From NCBI RefSeq assembly GCF_009914755.1, contig NC_060941.1: 64,000 nt of DNA; one strand, 5' to 3'. The DNA is from the human T2T-CHM13v2.0 reference genome, Homo sapiens. Of this stretch, positions 26,249 through 39,820 are shown one piece after another (position 1 is the stretch's first letter; each line of letters begins with the position of its first letter). Below the pieces are notes generated by a model that was given only the letters and a program-made list of their open reading frames with translations, was not told where the DNA came from and did no database searches. The position numbers and the translations under genes are program-made.

Positions 26249-28192
26249 TACTGTCTTCCTTTTCTAAGCCTTATCCAACCTTCAACTCTGTTAAAGTAAC
26301 TTTCTTTTTATTAATCATTCACTATTAATTCAAGCCTAGTAAGTGTCCTATCCTTAGGAACCATACAACCAAATGCCTCTCCCATCCATTTGGCAGGAAC
26401 ATTGTGGCAACATGTTGAGCCTCATCTTGAATTGGTCTTCACACCTTTGTGACAGGAAGGATGCAGCACACGCATGTTAGCTTGTGTGCCCACTTAGGTA
26501 ATTTCGGCAAATTTCAAGTGTTGGTATTTGCAGAAACACCAATGTCCTGTGAAAAATAATGAAATGAAAAAATAAAACGAAATGCACACGTTAGAACCAA
26601 AATCCTTGATTATAAGGTTTTTAAATCAAACATGAGATGACAGAGAATAAATACCCTTTTGAAGACAATGCTTTCATTTTGATGAGAATGTGAGATACTT
26701 TGACTCAGTTCAAATACACTAGCCACTGCACAAATTACCACACAATTCAGTTGTCACAGCATAAGTGACAGCAGAAGGAATAGACATCTGAGAAAATTAA
26801 AGAGAAAGTCACACAAAGGAAACAAATATGACATCGCTGGTAATTAAGAAAAAAAATTCCTTTCTTAGGTACGTATCGGGGAGTTAAAAAATCTGTGATA
26901 TTGACTTCCTTTTGAGTCAGCAATAGAAACACTGGGACTAATCAGAATAGAGTACCATTATAATTACCGTATCAAGAGTGATGATTATTTTGAGCCTATT
27001 ATTAAACCATCAGCATGATGACACAGATGGCTCATGGTCAGTCCACAGCTTTGGGGGTAACATCACAAAAACCATACAGAGGTCCAAAGATGGTGGACTA
27101 GACCATTAACAGCTGCAGATAATGTTAACGGCCATCAAGACCACGTGTGCACCACTAAGGGCTGCTCCAGAAAAGGGTGGCATTTGAAGGATAAGAGTTT
27201 CTTCAGTATTACACTTACTCTAACTCAGAGGTAGATTCTAATATCATTCTAATCCTCTTTAGTTAACCTCCTCTTGATTTAACCATTGAGTAGAAATTAG
27301 AAAGATATGATTTTATATTTTATTCTCTGAGATTATAATATTTTTGTTGGAGGATGGGGGAATATAAGAATTATATTTTATCTTAATGCAAACTTTTAAA
27401 TTTTTTATGGAAATCTGTATTCAAAATAACCTATCCATTTTCTTTGCTTTTTCCTTTAAATAAGATAATATACTTAATTTGTCTTACACAAAGGAAATAC
27501 CAAATAAATATTTGTTCATTTCCCTGGAAATATTTCACATTTTATATATTCTTAATATTAATTTTGATGAAAAATCATAATTGCATTTACTTTTATATAT
27601 GGCACAGTAAATATATGTGTGTGGAAGATATCTTAGATAGAACTAATAATGGCTAATCAAACTTATGGAAGCAAGAATTAGTCTGTTGTTAATAGCACAC
27701 AGAGCAGAGATATCCTACTGGGATTAAATGAAGCCAACAAGGCTTTCTTGTGAAGTTATTCAACCTATCATGTATAGCTGTACTTATTATTTTCAGTTTT
27801 GTACAGCAGAGAAATAGAATGTAATCAGTGATTTCAATTTAATGTGATAAGTCACACATCATATTCTGAAAAGTATCTATTTGTGATTGTGCAATGCCAT
27901 AATATAGAATCTCACCTCTGGACATATTTTGGGTGAAAAGGGATAACTAAATTAGTATGTTCCAAGATATATACATAGTTAAAATATAAATTTTTTCTTA
28001 CATGCTACTAACAGAAGTGAGTTATAAAACACAAATTTTATCGTAAAATTTTCTTGGAGAAACATTGATTGCCCCTAACTTCATACAAGATAAAGTCTAA
28101 ACTTTGTCATTGGAGTTATAAGCCAGTAGCTGTCTGGCCTTGATCTATCCAATTAGCCTTAACCCTTTCAGTCCTTTTCTTTATCAAAATAT

Positions 28193-28335
28193 CAGCACTT
28201 CTTAAAATTTCTTTGATTTCTGAACCCTTATACAAATCTGATGAAACATATGGATCTGTTCCACAGGGGGTACTTACTTATTCAGACTTAGTTATAATAC
28301 CGTATTTACAATGAAACTTTATGACTCCCACAGAC
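28193..28335 (+). mobile_element. Possible MER117-like hAT relic within L2 remnants (~28070-28520)
   Basis: ACAAATCTGATGAAACATATGGATC similarity only. Confidence 0.3.
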
Positions 28336-28799
28336 GTAATTCACTCTCATGGCTTAATATATACATGTATTGCATTACACCAGAAAATCGCCAGAATTAC
28401 AGTGGTTCACATGACTTTAAGTACTCAGAGTCAGGAATATTGTCTTATTTATCTTTAAATTCTTAATTTGCACAGAATTCAGGACATAGTAGTCCCTAAA
28501 CACTGTTAGCTAAAGCAAAGAATAATCCCTGTTGGCTTTACTTGAGTTATTTAAAAAACCATAGGTTCTAAAAAGAAATGCAAGTGAATGAAGATAATAG
28601 GTAATCCCTCATGGTGCATAGATCCATGTCATTAATAAAAAAACAGTTATTTTAAACAATAATAATGCAAATACATTACACACACAAATATATATACATA
28701 TATATTCATATCTGTATTTATCATCTATCAATCTGTAGTGAATTTTCCAAATGTAAAATGTAAACAGAGAAGATTAATATTTTCATTTCAGCCTCCTTT

Positions 28800-29055
28800 A
28801 TGGGGATATCTAGCTGCATGACAAAAGCATGACCACTGGTGTCAACAGGCACACATTTTAAGGCTCAATCTCTGTGTGATCCCAAGTCAGTTTTTGAGAT
28901 GATTAGCGTTTTAGTCCATTTAGATATAAGTTGGGAATGATGATGATGATAATGACAATAATAATCTTTCCTATATACAAGAGTGAATTAATTTTGATGA
29001 TAAAATATGCCATGCAAAATAACTTTAAGTTATTTTCAAATGCTAGCTATCGTTA
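28800..29055 (+). mobile_element. Degraded MIR
   Basis: AAAAGCATGACCACTGGTGTCA...TGTGTGATCCCAAGTCAG. Confidence 0.45.
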
Positions 29056-29699
29056 AGTTGCAGTGGTTATGAAACAGTGTACCCACTCTTCTAAAGAAAG
29101 GTTACTAAGCAGAAAAAAAATAACTTGTAGGACCTGACTATGTTAGAGAAAAAATGTTTACATGTGGCTAAGAGAAAAAGAGATAGGTTATGTCAAACTT
29201 TAAGTTGCTTAAGTTTTGAAAAAAAAATGAAGGAGAGAAAAATCCAAATCTTCAATGTTCTATATGGAAATAGATGTAGCTAATATTTTAAAGTCTTATT
29301 CTGTAGCTAAAATTTGGTGAGAGTCTGGTTTTTCTAGTACATTTATTTCAGTTCAGTATATTTGTGTTTTTTAAGAATGAGGGTGGAGGCACAAAGGAGA
29401 GATTAAATAATTATTGCTTTTATAAAAGTAAACTTTCTAGTTTATTCTATAGTGTTGCTTTAGTCATTCACAACCAAGGGGCTAATTTTAAATATAATAA
29501 AACACAGTTTTAGTGGTTTTTATTATTTTTAAAATTACTTATATAAGAGAACCTGCCACGAATATGTTAAGCTAAAAAGTGAGTAATAGGTAAGATCATT
29601 TTGAAAATATTCAGGGGTGAGTTTCTATGTGTTCAGTATAGGTTAACATAGTTTGTATTAGCTACTACTGCATACGAGTTAGTGTTCATGAGGTCAACA

Positions 29700-29860
29700 G
29701 AATTATACAACTCTAGGATATATATTACTCCTGTTTTGTAGATGAGAATATGGAGCCTCAGCTAATTTGAGTAACTTATCAATAGAAACACAACTCTTGA
29801 GTAGAAGCATTGGGATTTCAGCTTAGATCTGACTGACACTGGCAAGAGTACTCATTCTGT
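29700..29860 (-). mobile_element. MIR fragment
   Basis: CCTGTTTTGTAGATGAGAATATGGAGCCTCAG...GTAACTT. Confidence 0.7.
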
Positions 29861-31129
29861 TCTGTCCATTCCATCTCAAAAATCTCAGCCTGCTGTAATA
29901 TAAACCACTGTTCCTTAACCCACTTACTTTCTTCCCTGTAGAGAAATTAGCTCACTCCTATGAACAGAGACTAGCAAGAGGAGTGGACAGAAAAGGCAAA
30001 GCAGCAGTTTTCAGAGTGTTCAGATAGCGAGAAACTCAAAAGGGTTTGAGGTGTCAAAACCCAGCCACTGCCTGCAGCAGGGATTAGGTAAGGTGTGCTG
30101 CTGATTAACAAGAAGGTCGAAAGTCCATCTGGAAACCCTGGAGGTATGAACACCAAGGGAAATGCTTCAACGACCTGCAGGGGATGTGTTATATTTGTCT
30201 TCTTGACTCAGGAACTCACCAATTATGTGAAAATGCCAACTGGTCTTCTTACCTGATTTGAGTAATATCTCTCAAGAAGACAAAAATGTCCAGAGATGGT
30301 ATGCATAAACCATGCAAAACAAAAAGATAGAAATAATTTATTTTCCTGAGGAGGCAGAGGCAAATTCAGATACTTCATGAGCAGGCAATTTCTAAAAAGT
30401 GAAAAGAACCAAAAGAAAAGAAGAAATAATCTATTCCTGTAGAATAATATAGAAATTTGAGATTGAAGATACTTTCTCAGTTGATACATTCTTAATTTAC
30501 AGAGTCAAGATGAAAGCAGCATATAGTATGATCACATAAACCATGAATACATGGAAGCTTTTGTATTATGAATATAGAGGCACACATGGACATAAATATC
30601 TAGAAGGAGAGTTATTAACCTGTACTCATGGTTGTTTGAGTGTAATGGGATCACGTGTAATTTTCTCTCTCTTTGCAATACTGCATCTTCACTATTTTCT
30701 ACAATTAAAATGGAATACTTGTAAGACAAGTATGTACCTTTTCCTGGAAAAGATTCCACAGCTTTCTGCAACATACAGAAAATCCACAAGAATTATGAGG
30801 TTTAAGGAAATGTTACATATAGGAAATGTATTACACATACAAAGAGGTGTAGGAACCCCCTTAGAAGAAAGAGACATATTTAGTATTGGTTATAGTGATA
30901 CAGAGCCTAATGAGGGCATGTGCTTTTGTTCTGGAATGCTCTGTTCATATTTGTCCCAATTTTTAATCTTTCTCTTCTCTATCATATACTTTACTTGGAA
31001 CATGTGTGTAATGAACATTTTCTTTTTGTCCCCCACCCCCACTGTCTTGAGTTACCCAGTGCTGAATTGCTCTCCAGGTTTTAATAATCCTTTCATAATA
31101 AACCTTTGTGAGTAGAAGAGTATGCATTT

Positions 31130-31492
31130 AACATAGCATCCTGCCACTAGGACATAGACATAAAACCCAGGTTTGGACAATCAGATATGTTCATCCTCAT
31201 AATCCTAGCACGGGTTTTGCTGGAAGGTGGCCAAAGCAACACGCTGCGCTTCCATGGGTAGCAGTGCCAGAGCATGACAGCAGGATAAAGTCCATGGAAG
31301 TGGTACAAGCGCCGTGGTCCACTGCTCTGTGGGGATGGCTGTGGTACCTTCCCTCAAACTGCTTTGTGGCGGTGAATCTTTCTTCTTAATTTTGTAACAT
31401 ACCAACTATCATTTTAATAAATCCATTTGATTCTTTGAGCATCAGCCAAAGTCAGTTTCTGTTGTGTCTGTTTAAAAAGTCTTGACTGATAC
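31130..31492 (+). mobile_element. Old ERVL/MaLR LTR (LTR33-like)
   Basis: AATAAATCC...AGCCAAAGTCAGTTTCTGTTG...TGACTGATACA terminus. Confidence 0.55.
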
Positions 31493-32059
31493 AAAGTGTA
31501 AAGAAATTATGACAGGAGAAAATAAAATAACTTCCTGGAATGTATACTTTATTATTTTGAAGTTTGGAATAGAAATTTAAAGATCTTGGGACACAGGTGG
31601 TGTTTTATGACTTTTTCCAGTGAAATGTTGTGACTTTGGAAAAGAAAGGAGGAAATTGAATGTAAATTGAATGTAAACACCTAGAGCACACAGATGGTGT
31701 TGAAAAACTGAATTTTGTTTACTGGACCGTAGTTTATGATATTATTACAGCAGTTTTTGGCAAAAGGATGGCATACACCTCACCAGAGCTCGTAGAAATG
31801 TTTTCATGACGTTGCTAAAATATATGGAGGCTTTAAGTTTTATAATGAAAAAGAAAATGCCCTAATCAAATGATATATTATTTATTATGGATAACATTTA
31901 TTATGAATAGATGTTCATTCATAAAATATGCATTTAATACTTTCTTTGTGTCAGGTATTATGTTGCTGAAAAGAGAAAACAGAGCAATCTCTTCTTTCAA
32001 GAAATGTCTCTTTTATACTCTCCAAGCTGCTCTTTAACCCTCTATGATAATATTTTGTT

Positions 32060-32215
32060 CATTTGTTTGCATCCTATCATTTGTGAATTCCTTGGAGAAA
32101 TGAAACTTATCTTCTATTTCTTTATGTTTCTACTACATAACACAATCTCTCATACATAATTGGCTTTCAATAACTGAATACTGAATGAATAAATGAATGT
32201 ATGAATAAATGAATA
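32060..32215 (+). mobile_element. L2 3' end with (GAAT)n tail
   Basis: GTGAATTCCTTGGAG...TACTGAATGAATAAATGAATG. Confidence 0.65.
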
Positions 32216-32284
32216 GAAGAAATGACATTACCAATGAGCAGACTAAGCAATTACCCTCAGTGAGTGTTTGATTTGCATTCTAGT

Positions 32285-32400
32285 AAACTTGCATATCACT
32301 GACATGAAGGAACACGGGAGGCATGTATATCAAATTCACAGATGCTGCGTAGGTATAGGGGATACTTAAAACATATGGTGCCAGTCAGAGATCTCAGCAT
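32285..32400 (+). mobile_element. L3/CR1 RT fragment
   Basis: GGAGGCATGTATATCAAATTCACAGATGC resembles the CR1 'IKFADD' RT motif region. Confidence 0.5.
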
Positions 32401-32463
32401 TTATCATCCAGCACTAATTTAAGCAACTATATCAAAGAACTTAGAATAGAGTACTTCACTGTG

Positions 32464-32862
32464 TTTTTCTTTTCATTTTTTTTTGAAATTTCAAGTTTTA
32501 TTTTAGATATAGGGGTACATGTGCTGGTTTGTTACATGGGACTATTATGTGATACTGAGGTTTGGAGTATGAATCCCATCACCTAGGTAGTGAGCATAGT
32601 GCCTAATAGGTAGGTTTTCCATCCATGGCCTCCCTGCCTTTCTCCCTCTCTAGTAATCCACAGTGTCTATTGTTCCCATGTTTATGTTCATGTGTGCTCA
32701 ATATTTAGCTCCCACTTACAAGTGAGAACATGTAGCATTTGATTTTCTGTTTCTGCATTAATTTACTTAGGTTGATGGCTTCCATCTGCATCCATATGGA
32801 GCATGAGTTTTCTATTCTTTATGGCTGCATAGTATTCCATGGCGTATATGTACCACATTTTT
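32464..32862 (-). mobile_element. L1PA13-16-like 3' end, antisense
   Basis: GGGGTACATGTGCTGGTTTGTTACATGGG...TTTAGCTCCCACTTACAAGTGAGAACATG. Confidence 0.9.
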
Positions 32863-32942
32863 TAAAATACATTGATAAGCACCTCCTAGGTTGTTCATCA
32901 ATGCACTATTCACATTGTGGTTCTTAAAAAAGATTCAACTGG

Positions 32943-33258
<316 letters not shown>

Positions 33259-34357
33259 AAAGATTCAATTGATTAGGAAGGGCATGAAATAGATCTGGCT
33301 TAAAAGAGCCAGGACAAAATAAACCAATACAATGTAAGGATAAAACTGACAGCACACTCAATGTTTGACAACAGTGTAACAGGACCTCTAATAATATCAG
33401 TTTTGTTGGTGAGGGAGGAAGAAGCCATCCACACTTACTGAGGTGGCCAGGGCTTGAAGAAAGAACTCTTCTCAGCAGGTCTGAATTTGAAGGTCCCTGA
33501 AAAAGTAGGGCACATTCAGGAAAGAGTGATCTTCGTGATTTAGTGCCTGATAAGCATAATATATATTTTAACAACCTGAGGAAAGGTAGTTTAGAAACAT
33601 TTAACATGAGCAGCTTGTAATTAGCTCAAGATTGCCATGTAGACATTAGTTATCAGTTGAAATTCTAAAGTGTCCAGCACCTTTCCAGAGTAGGCTCCAG
33701 GCAGATATCAGGAGTTGAGGCACCAAATCAGGAGTTCAAAGAGTAAAGGAAAAGAGATGATGGACTAAAGGGTAAGATAAATAAACAACCTGAGACCGGG
33801 GCTATTGCCAGAAGCTGGCTTTTACCTGTTTGTTTGTTTGGAGCTTGAAAGACTAGTCAGTACAACATTTACAACGTAAGGGCAGATGCATACACAGAGC
33901 TATGACAGATAGGCTAAAGTACTCTTTATAAATGTGTCTTAAAATCACTTCTTTTTCCAGTAAACTTTTTTTTTAATAAAAGTATTCATTTCCAGAAATG
34001 ATTGGAATACAAATGTGACACTGAACACAGGTAGACAGTTCCTCTTGCACTGAAACTCTTTGAGTCATAGCTGGATTATATCACAGAGATCATAGAAGCA
34101 AACATTAGTTTGAGTGAAAGTTTATTGTAAGAGGAATTTGTAAAATCATTTCCAACTCAAGAACTCTCTGTGTTTACTCAATTTATAAAAGTGAAAGATG
34201 TTTTAATTAGCATAAATCACAAATACACTGTGAAATATTTTGGAAGATTGCATACACAAATGTTAAAGTAAAACAATGTTGTATTTAATGTTTATCATTT
34301 ATGCACAGAGGAAAGTGAGTTTCTTTTTAAAATTTTAAATAGTATTCCTCCTATTTA

Positions 34358-34525
34358 GAAGTAATATAACACAGACTCTGAGACTGCCTGAATTAAATCT
34401 GAGTTTCAATATTTTCTAGCTCTGTGATCTTCAACAAGTTATTTTTTGCCTCAATTTCCTTATCTACTCAAGCAAGATAATAATAACCTTATCAGTGCTA
34501 CTATAAGAGTTCAAAATATGTACAC
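34358..34525 (+). mobile_element. MIR fragment
   Basis: ACAGACTCTGAGACTGCCTG...CTAGCTCTGTGATCTTCAACAAGTTA...GCCTCAATTTCCTTATCT. Confidence 0.7.
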
Positions 34526-34624
34526 ATGTTCCTAAATATTTTCTTTACATTTATGATAGCACAATGGGGTTCTATTGGCAATAATAACTTAATTATACAT
34601 TTTAAAATAGAATTAAAACTACTG

Positions 34625-35960
34625 CAATGTTGTTTCCTCATTCAAGAATGTGATCTGCTTTAACATTTACTTCCATCTTACTGTAGACCTTGCAATAAAG
34701 ATTTTTAATTTTCTCCATGACAGTGTCTTTTTTCGTTTTAGTTATAGGCCTGATAACCTTACAATTTGTGATGATATTGTGAATGTTATCTTTTTTTAAC
34801 ATGAGATTATCATTTATTACAGCACTGCTTTTTTAAGAATACTATTAATTTCTGTATATTGTGCTGTCTCTAACAACTACTGAATGTTCTTCTGTTAGTG
34901 TCAACAGATTACCTGTAGTTTCTTTAATTTTCCCTGTAGACATTCATGTCATCTCTGAAGAAAAAAAGTGTGTTTTTCTCATTTCCAGCCCTTATTATTA
35001 TGGTCCAATGTCTTGTCTTATTGCTCTGATAAGGGCCCTAAGTAAAATATTCAGCAAAAACAGTGGTAGTAGACATCCACATCTTGTCAACAACTAGTTC
35101 TAACATGTCATTCTAAGGAGATTTCCTTATTTTCTACTTTATTAAAGGTTTTTTCTTTTATGTTGTATGACTGTTGAATTGTAATACATGTTTTTCTACA
35201 TATTTTGAAATAATTATGTAGTATTTTTCCTTAATCTGTTCATGTGGTAAATAACATTAATAGATGTATTACATCAAATCATTAATGTTGGATCATTTTT
35301 TCATTCCTTGATTTGGAGTGCTATTATTTTATTCATGATTTTCTCCTGTGTTGATAAATGAAAACTACGTACAATTTTCTTTGTTAGTAATGCCCTTGAC
35401 CAATCTTTATAACAAGATTATTCCAGCCTCATACCAGGAATTAGAGACTTGGCCTTCTATTTTATTTTTGTAATACATTATACAAGCCAAGAATTATTAG
35501 TTCCTTTATTTTGATGGGAATAACTAATTAAATAGTTTGGCCTAGTGATTTTTAGAAAAAGTTTTTACCATGCATTTAATTTTTCAAAATCATAGTATTA
35601 TTTATGTTTTCTATGTCTCCTTGAGTAGGTTTTGGGAGTTATAATTTTCTAGGAAATTGTCTATTTCCTCTAAACTATCAAACTTATTGGCATAGATTAC
35701 CTTATGGTTTTTATAGTGTATATAGTTACCATAGATAAAGTTTCTTTATTATTTCTGGTGTCATTTTTGGTGCCTTAAAGCTTTGTCTATTTTATTAAGG
35801 TTTTTTTTTTTTTCCTTTAAAGAAATAGAGTTGTTATTCTCTATGGTTTATTTTCTATTTCTTTAATTTCTGCTCTTATTGTTATGATTTTTTTATTTGG
35901 ATTCACTTTAAGCTGAAATTTAGAGAGTATAAAAAGATGTTTAGTTAATTGTATATTAAC
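34625..35960 (-). mobile_element. Ancient L1M ORF2 fragment
   Basis: AGTGGTAGTAGACATCCACATCTTGT; TCTAGGAAATTGTCTATTTCCTCTAA. Confidence 0.75.
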
Positions 35961-35987
35961 CTTACCATTTTAGTTACACAAGTTTCC

Positions 35988-36288
35988 TTTTTTTTTTTTT
36001 TTTTTTTTTTTGAGACAGAGTCTCACTGTCGCACAGGCTGGAGTGCAGTGGCGTGATCTCAGTTCACTGCAACTGACACCTCCCGGGTTCAAGTGATTCT
36101 TCTGCTTCAGCCTCCTGAGTAGCTGGGACTACAGGTGTCCGCCACCATGCCCAGCTAATTTTTGTATTTTTAGTAGAGATGGGGTTTCACCATGTTGGCC
36201 AGGATGGTCTCGACCTCTTGACCTTGTGATCTGTCTGCCTCGGCCTCCCAACATGCTGGGATTACAGGCATGAGCCACGGCGCGTGAT
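35988..36288 (-). mobile_element. AluSc
   Basis: GGCCAGGATGGTCTCGACCTCTTGACC (Sc-type); TSD CAAGTTTCCTTT at 35979-35990 and 36289-36300. Confidence 0.9.
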
Positions 36289-36617
36289 CAAGTTTCCTTT
36301 TTTAATGTTCTCCCATGAAGTATTTTTTTTTCAAATTGCAACAGAAATCAGAGTAATGCTTGTTATACAAAGGAGATAATACAATGGAAACATGCACAAG
36401 GGCAAAAAAACAACAAAATTTCACCTGCCCGATCACTAAACCTCTGTCAGCCTCATTCTGAAGCTTCATTCAATGTTTAAAGCCTTGATAGACACAACCC
36501 TTCTGTCTTCATGCATTGCGCGTTAACTAGAAACCTACAATACATGAAATTTCTGACTATATATGTGTGTGTGTGTTTTAATAAGTTTTAAGTTTATTTT
36601 TGTTTGTATCTATATAA

Positions 36618-36949
<332 letters not shown>

Positions 36950-36966
36950 TTTAGTTGGCTATTTTT

Positions 36967-38275
36967 ATATTGCATGTAAAAATGTGTGCTAATATTATGT
37001 TGTATTTTACATATATAAGCCAATATATAGCATTTATATATAAAATATAAAAATTAATACTCTCATAACATTGGTAATAGCTTTGGAGACCTTAGGTGCT
37101 TTTCTTTGATTGTACTCCCCACCTCTTAATCCTACTCAAAATTATACCTCTCTCAAGAGAGAGTTAATATCTTGAATTTTGAGCAACTTGTTTTAATTAT
37201 CTCCATGATATATCATATACCCCCTAAGTCATTACATATTGGTTAATATGTTTTTATAATATTTATAAACATATATACACTGGTATGTGCATTATCACCT
37301 ATATGGTATTGGCATTATAGTACACATTCTTTTTATTTTATTGCTATAGTTTTTTTTCTTTACTTACCTCTCACTTTCCTCTTTTCCTCTCCCCTACTCA
37401 CTTCCACTTTCCACTACAAGTCACTGGTACTCATTTTAAAAACCTGGTGGTCATCTTTGTTTTCTTCCATACATTGTTCCTAGTTTAATCATATGTAAGT
37501 ATGGCTTAAAATGATACATTTTGCAAATACTCGTAGTTACATACGAAGTCAAAATGTCTGTGTAAATATGCATATTTATTGTAGAAATTATTTTTATAAA
37601 CTATTGTGTTTTATATTGCTTATTCGATGATAATGAAAAGTGTTGTTTCACCTGATATAATTCTATTTTTAAATGGTTACATAATATTTCATTTTGTGGG
37701 TGCACATAGTTCACTTCGCTGTTCTCCTATTGATAATCATCTGCTTTACCTAAGGATACACTATAAACATTGCCTTAATAAATGTGCCTATGTTTAAAAT
37801 ATTTGACTAAGACTTCTATCTCTTTGGCATAGATTCCCAAGAGTGACATTACTGAAGTTAAAGGTATTTTTAATTTTAGTTAATGTTGCTAAAACTGAGA
37901 TTAACATTTGTACATCCAGAAGAAATTAATGGAAGTGTACTTTATTTTCATATCTGTGCCAGCAACAGTTCTTAACACTCTTTTTTAAAATTTTGCCATT
38001 CTGTTGGGTAAAAGTACTATCTCATGGTTACTTTAATTTGTAAGCCCCTGATCAATACTGAATTCAACCGTATTATTTTTTGTGCTGACCATTTAGTTTT
38101 TATTTTCTGTCAATTGCCTATTTCCATTTTTTGCTTATTTTTCTTTTACATCTTTCACCTATTAACAGTTTGTAAGAACCTTTTTGTAGTATAGACATTA
38201 TCTCTTTATCTGTCATTTGTTTTATAATTTTCCACTCAATAATATTACTTTTTTATTAATGTTGTGTTTTATAAA
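36967..38275 (-). mobile_element. Degraded L1ME 3' region (also ~36320-36643)
   Basis: GGCATAGATTCCCAAGAGTGACATTACTG; TATCTCATGGTTACTTTAATTTG. Confidence 0.65.
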
Positions 38276-39269
38276 GAATGTACAATACCAAATGAATAAT
38301 AACAGTATTTACTAAACTGTTATAGGCATGGTTTCATCAACAACCTCAACCAGCTATCTCACATGTGAGAAAATAAAATAATTTCCAGGAGCATTCAGAA
38401 TATTTTGTGATTTTGAATTTCTCCACTGGGGAATTGTCTTTTGTGATTGAGATAAAATATTTAAAGACTAAACTTTCTAGACAAATAACAAAGGAGATTT
38501 AGCTGTGTGCCACTGCTGCACAGTTTCAAAAGAGAAACTTTCTCTCCTGTAAGCAAGGCAATGTGCCCTTGAGCAACAGAATACATAATCATCACAGCTG
38601 GAATTAGAACAAATAGTTTAGCATGCTGATAAAAGCATAATTATTGCATGAATTGACCACTTGGATATTTTAGCTCTTAGAAAGTCAAACTTTATGATTG
38701 CTTAACTCCTATGAATAGCATCAAAATGAATTCCCAAAAATAACTAAATATATATATTTACTACTTCCAATTAATCTTATTTGTTTTTCACCCAAATACT
38801 GTCTTAGGTTATGTTGGGGAACTGAGTAGCATCTAGCTAAAGAAAAACAATTAACATCCAACACTAAGTGAGTAATATTTAATTATGCTTCATTAGAAGT
38901 CATCAAAACAATATTATAGTAACAAGTTTAGTCTTTAACAGAACTAGAAGAGCAAAGACAAAGTTTGAATATTTTTTTAAAAAATACAACAAACTACAAT
39001 AAGTATAGATGGGGAAAGAACACTAAAGCCAAAAGGCAAGGCAGGAAAATAAGCCTGATTTAACATGACAAACCTTATTTAGCAATATTTTTTAGAAACT
39101 AAGCCCCAACTCTCTCTGGACCAAGAGTTTGCTTTGTGATAAATACATGACGCTTAATTTTACAAGACGCTTGAAGTGTAGCCAATACCACTTGTTTAAA
39201 AAAAAAAAACCAAACACTTTATTTTGTCAAAACATAATCAACAACCACGAGAGAAAAAGTTAGAAATAA

Positions 39270-39460
39270 ACTGAGCGCTTATCAGAACGAGGCACTTTAC
39301 ATTATATGTATATGACATAAGCCACAAAATAAAATTGAAAAGGAATTTATTTTATAGAAGAAATAATGCAGCAATGTGAAGTTGTGTAACTTGCCCAGAG
39401 TCCCATAGCTAGTAAATGTTATTGCCATGGTTCTAGACCAAGGCTTCAAGACTCAGGATG
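39270..39460 (-). mobile_element. MIR fragment
   Basis: GAAGTTGTGTAACTTGCCCAGAGTCCCATAGCTAGTAAATG. Confidence 0.7.
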
Positions 39461-39490
39461 GTATGATCAATTAAATAACCACTCATCTAA

Positions 39491-39736
39491 ACATACACAC
39501 ACAAACCGGCATGTGTCCAGTTTCTAGTTAAGCTGTACTTAGAAAACCATTAGAAATTTTATATATAAAATTTTATATATTATATATAATTTTAAAATTA
39601 TATATTAAATAAAATTAAATAAAATTATATATAATTTTAAAATTATATATAAAATTTTATATATATAAAATTTCTAATGGTTTTCTAAGTACAGCTTAAC
39701 TAGAAACTGGACACATGCCAGTTTGTGTGTGTATGT
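39491..39736. repeat. Long inverted repeat: 77-bp arms, 1 mismatch, A/T-only spacer
   Basis: 39491-39567 is the reverse complement of 39660-39736. Confidence 0.97.
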
Positions 39737-39820
39737 ACATATGTAACAAACCTGCACATTGTGCACATGTACCCTAAAACTTAAAGTGTAATAATAATAA
39801 AATTTAAAAAAGGAAAAAAA
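39737..39820 (+). mobile_element. Severely 5'-truncated young L1PA (PA2-5-like) 3' end with A tail
   Basis: ACATATGTAACAAACCTGCACATTGTGCACATGTACCCTAAAACTTAAAGT...AATAATAATAAAA. Confidence 0.9.

Noticed and set aside
30543-31115. 190-aa ORF on the plus strand
   Set aside because: No recognisable domain; AT-rich composition; start overlaps probable L1ME debris; no supporting promoter or splice structure. Likely a chance ORF.
39491-39736. Palindrome as a MITE/DNA transposon or miRNA precursor
   Set aside because: Arms match no terminal inverted repeat I recognise, no TSD flanks the arms themselves, and the ~92-nt A/T loop is unlike a pre-miRNA. The L1-junction model explains it better.
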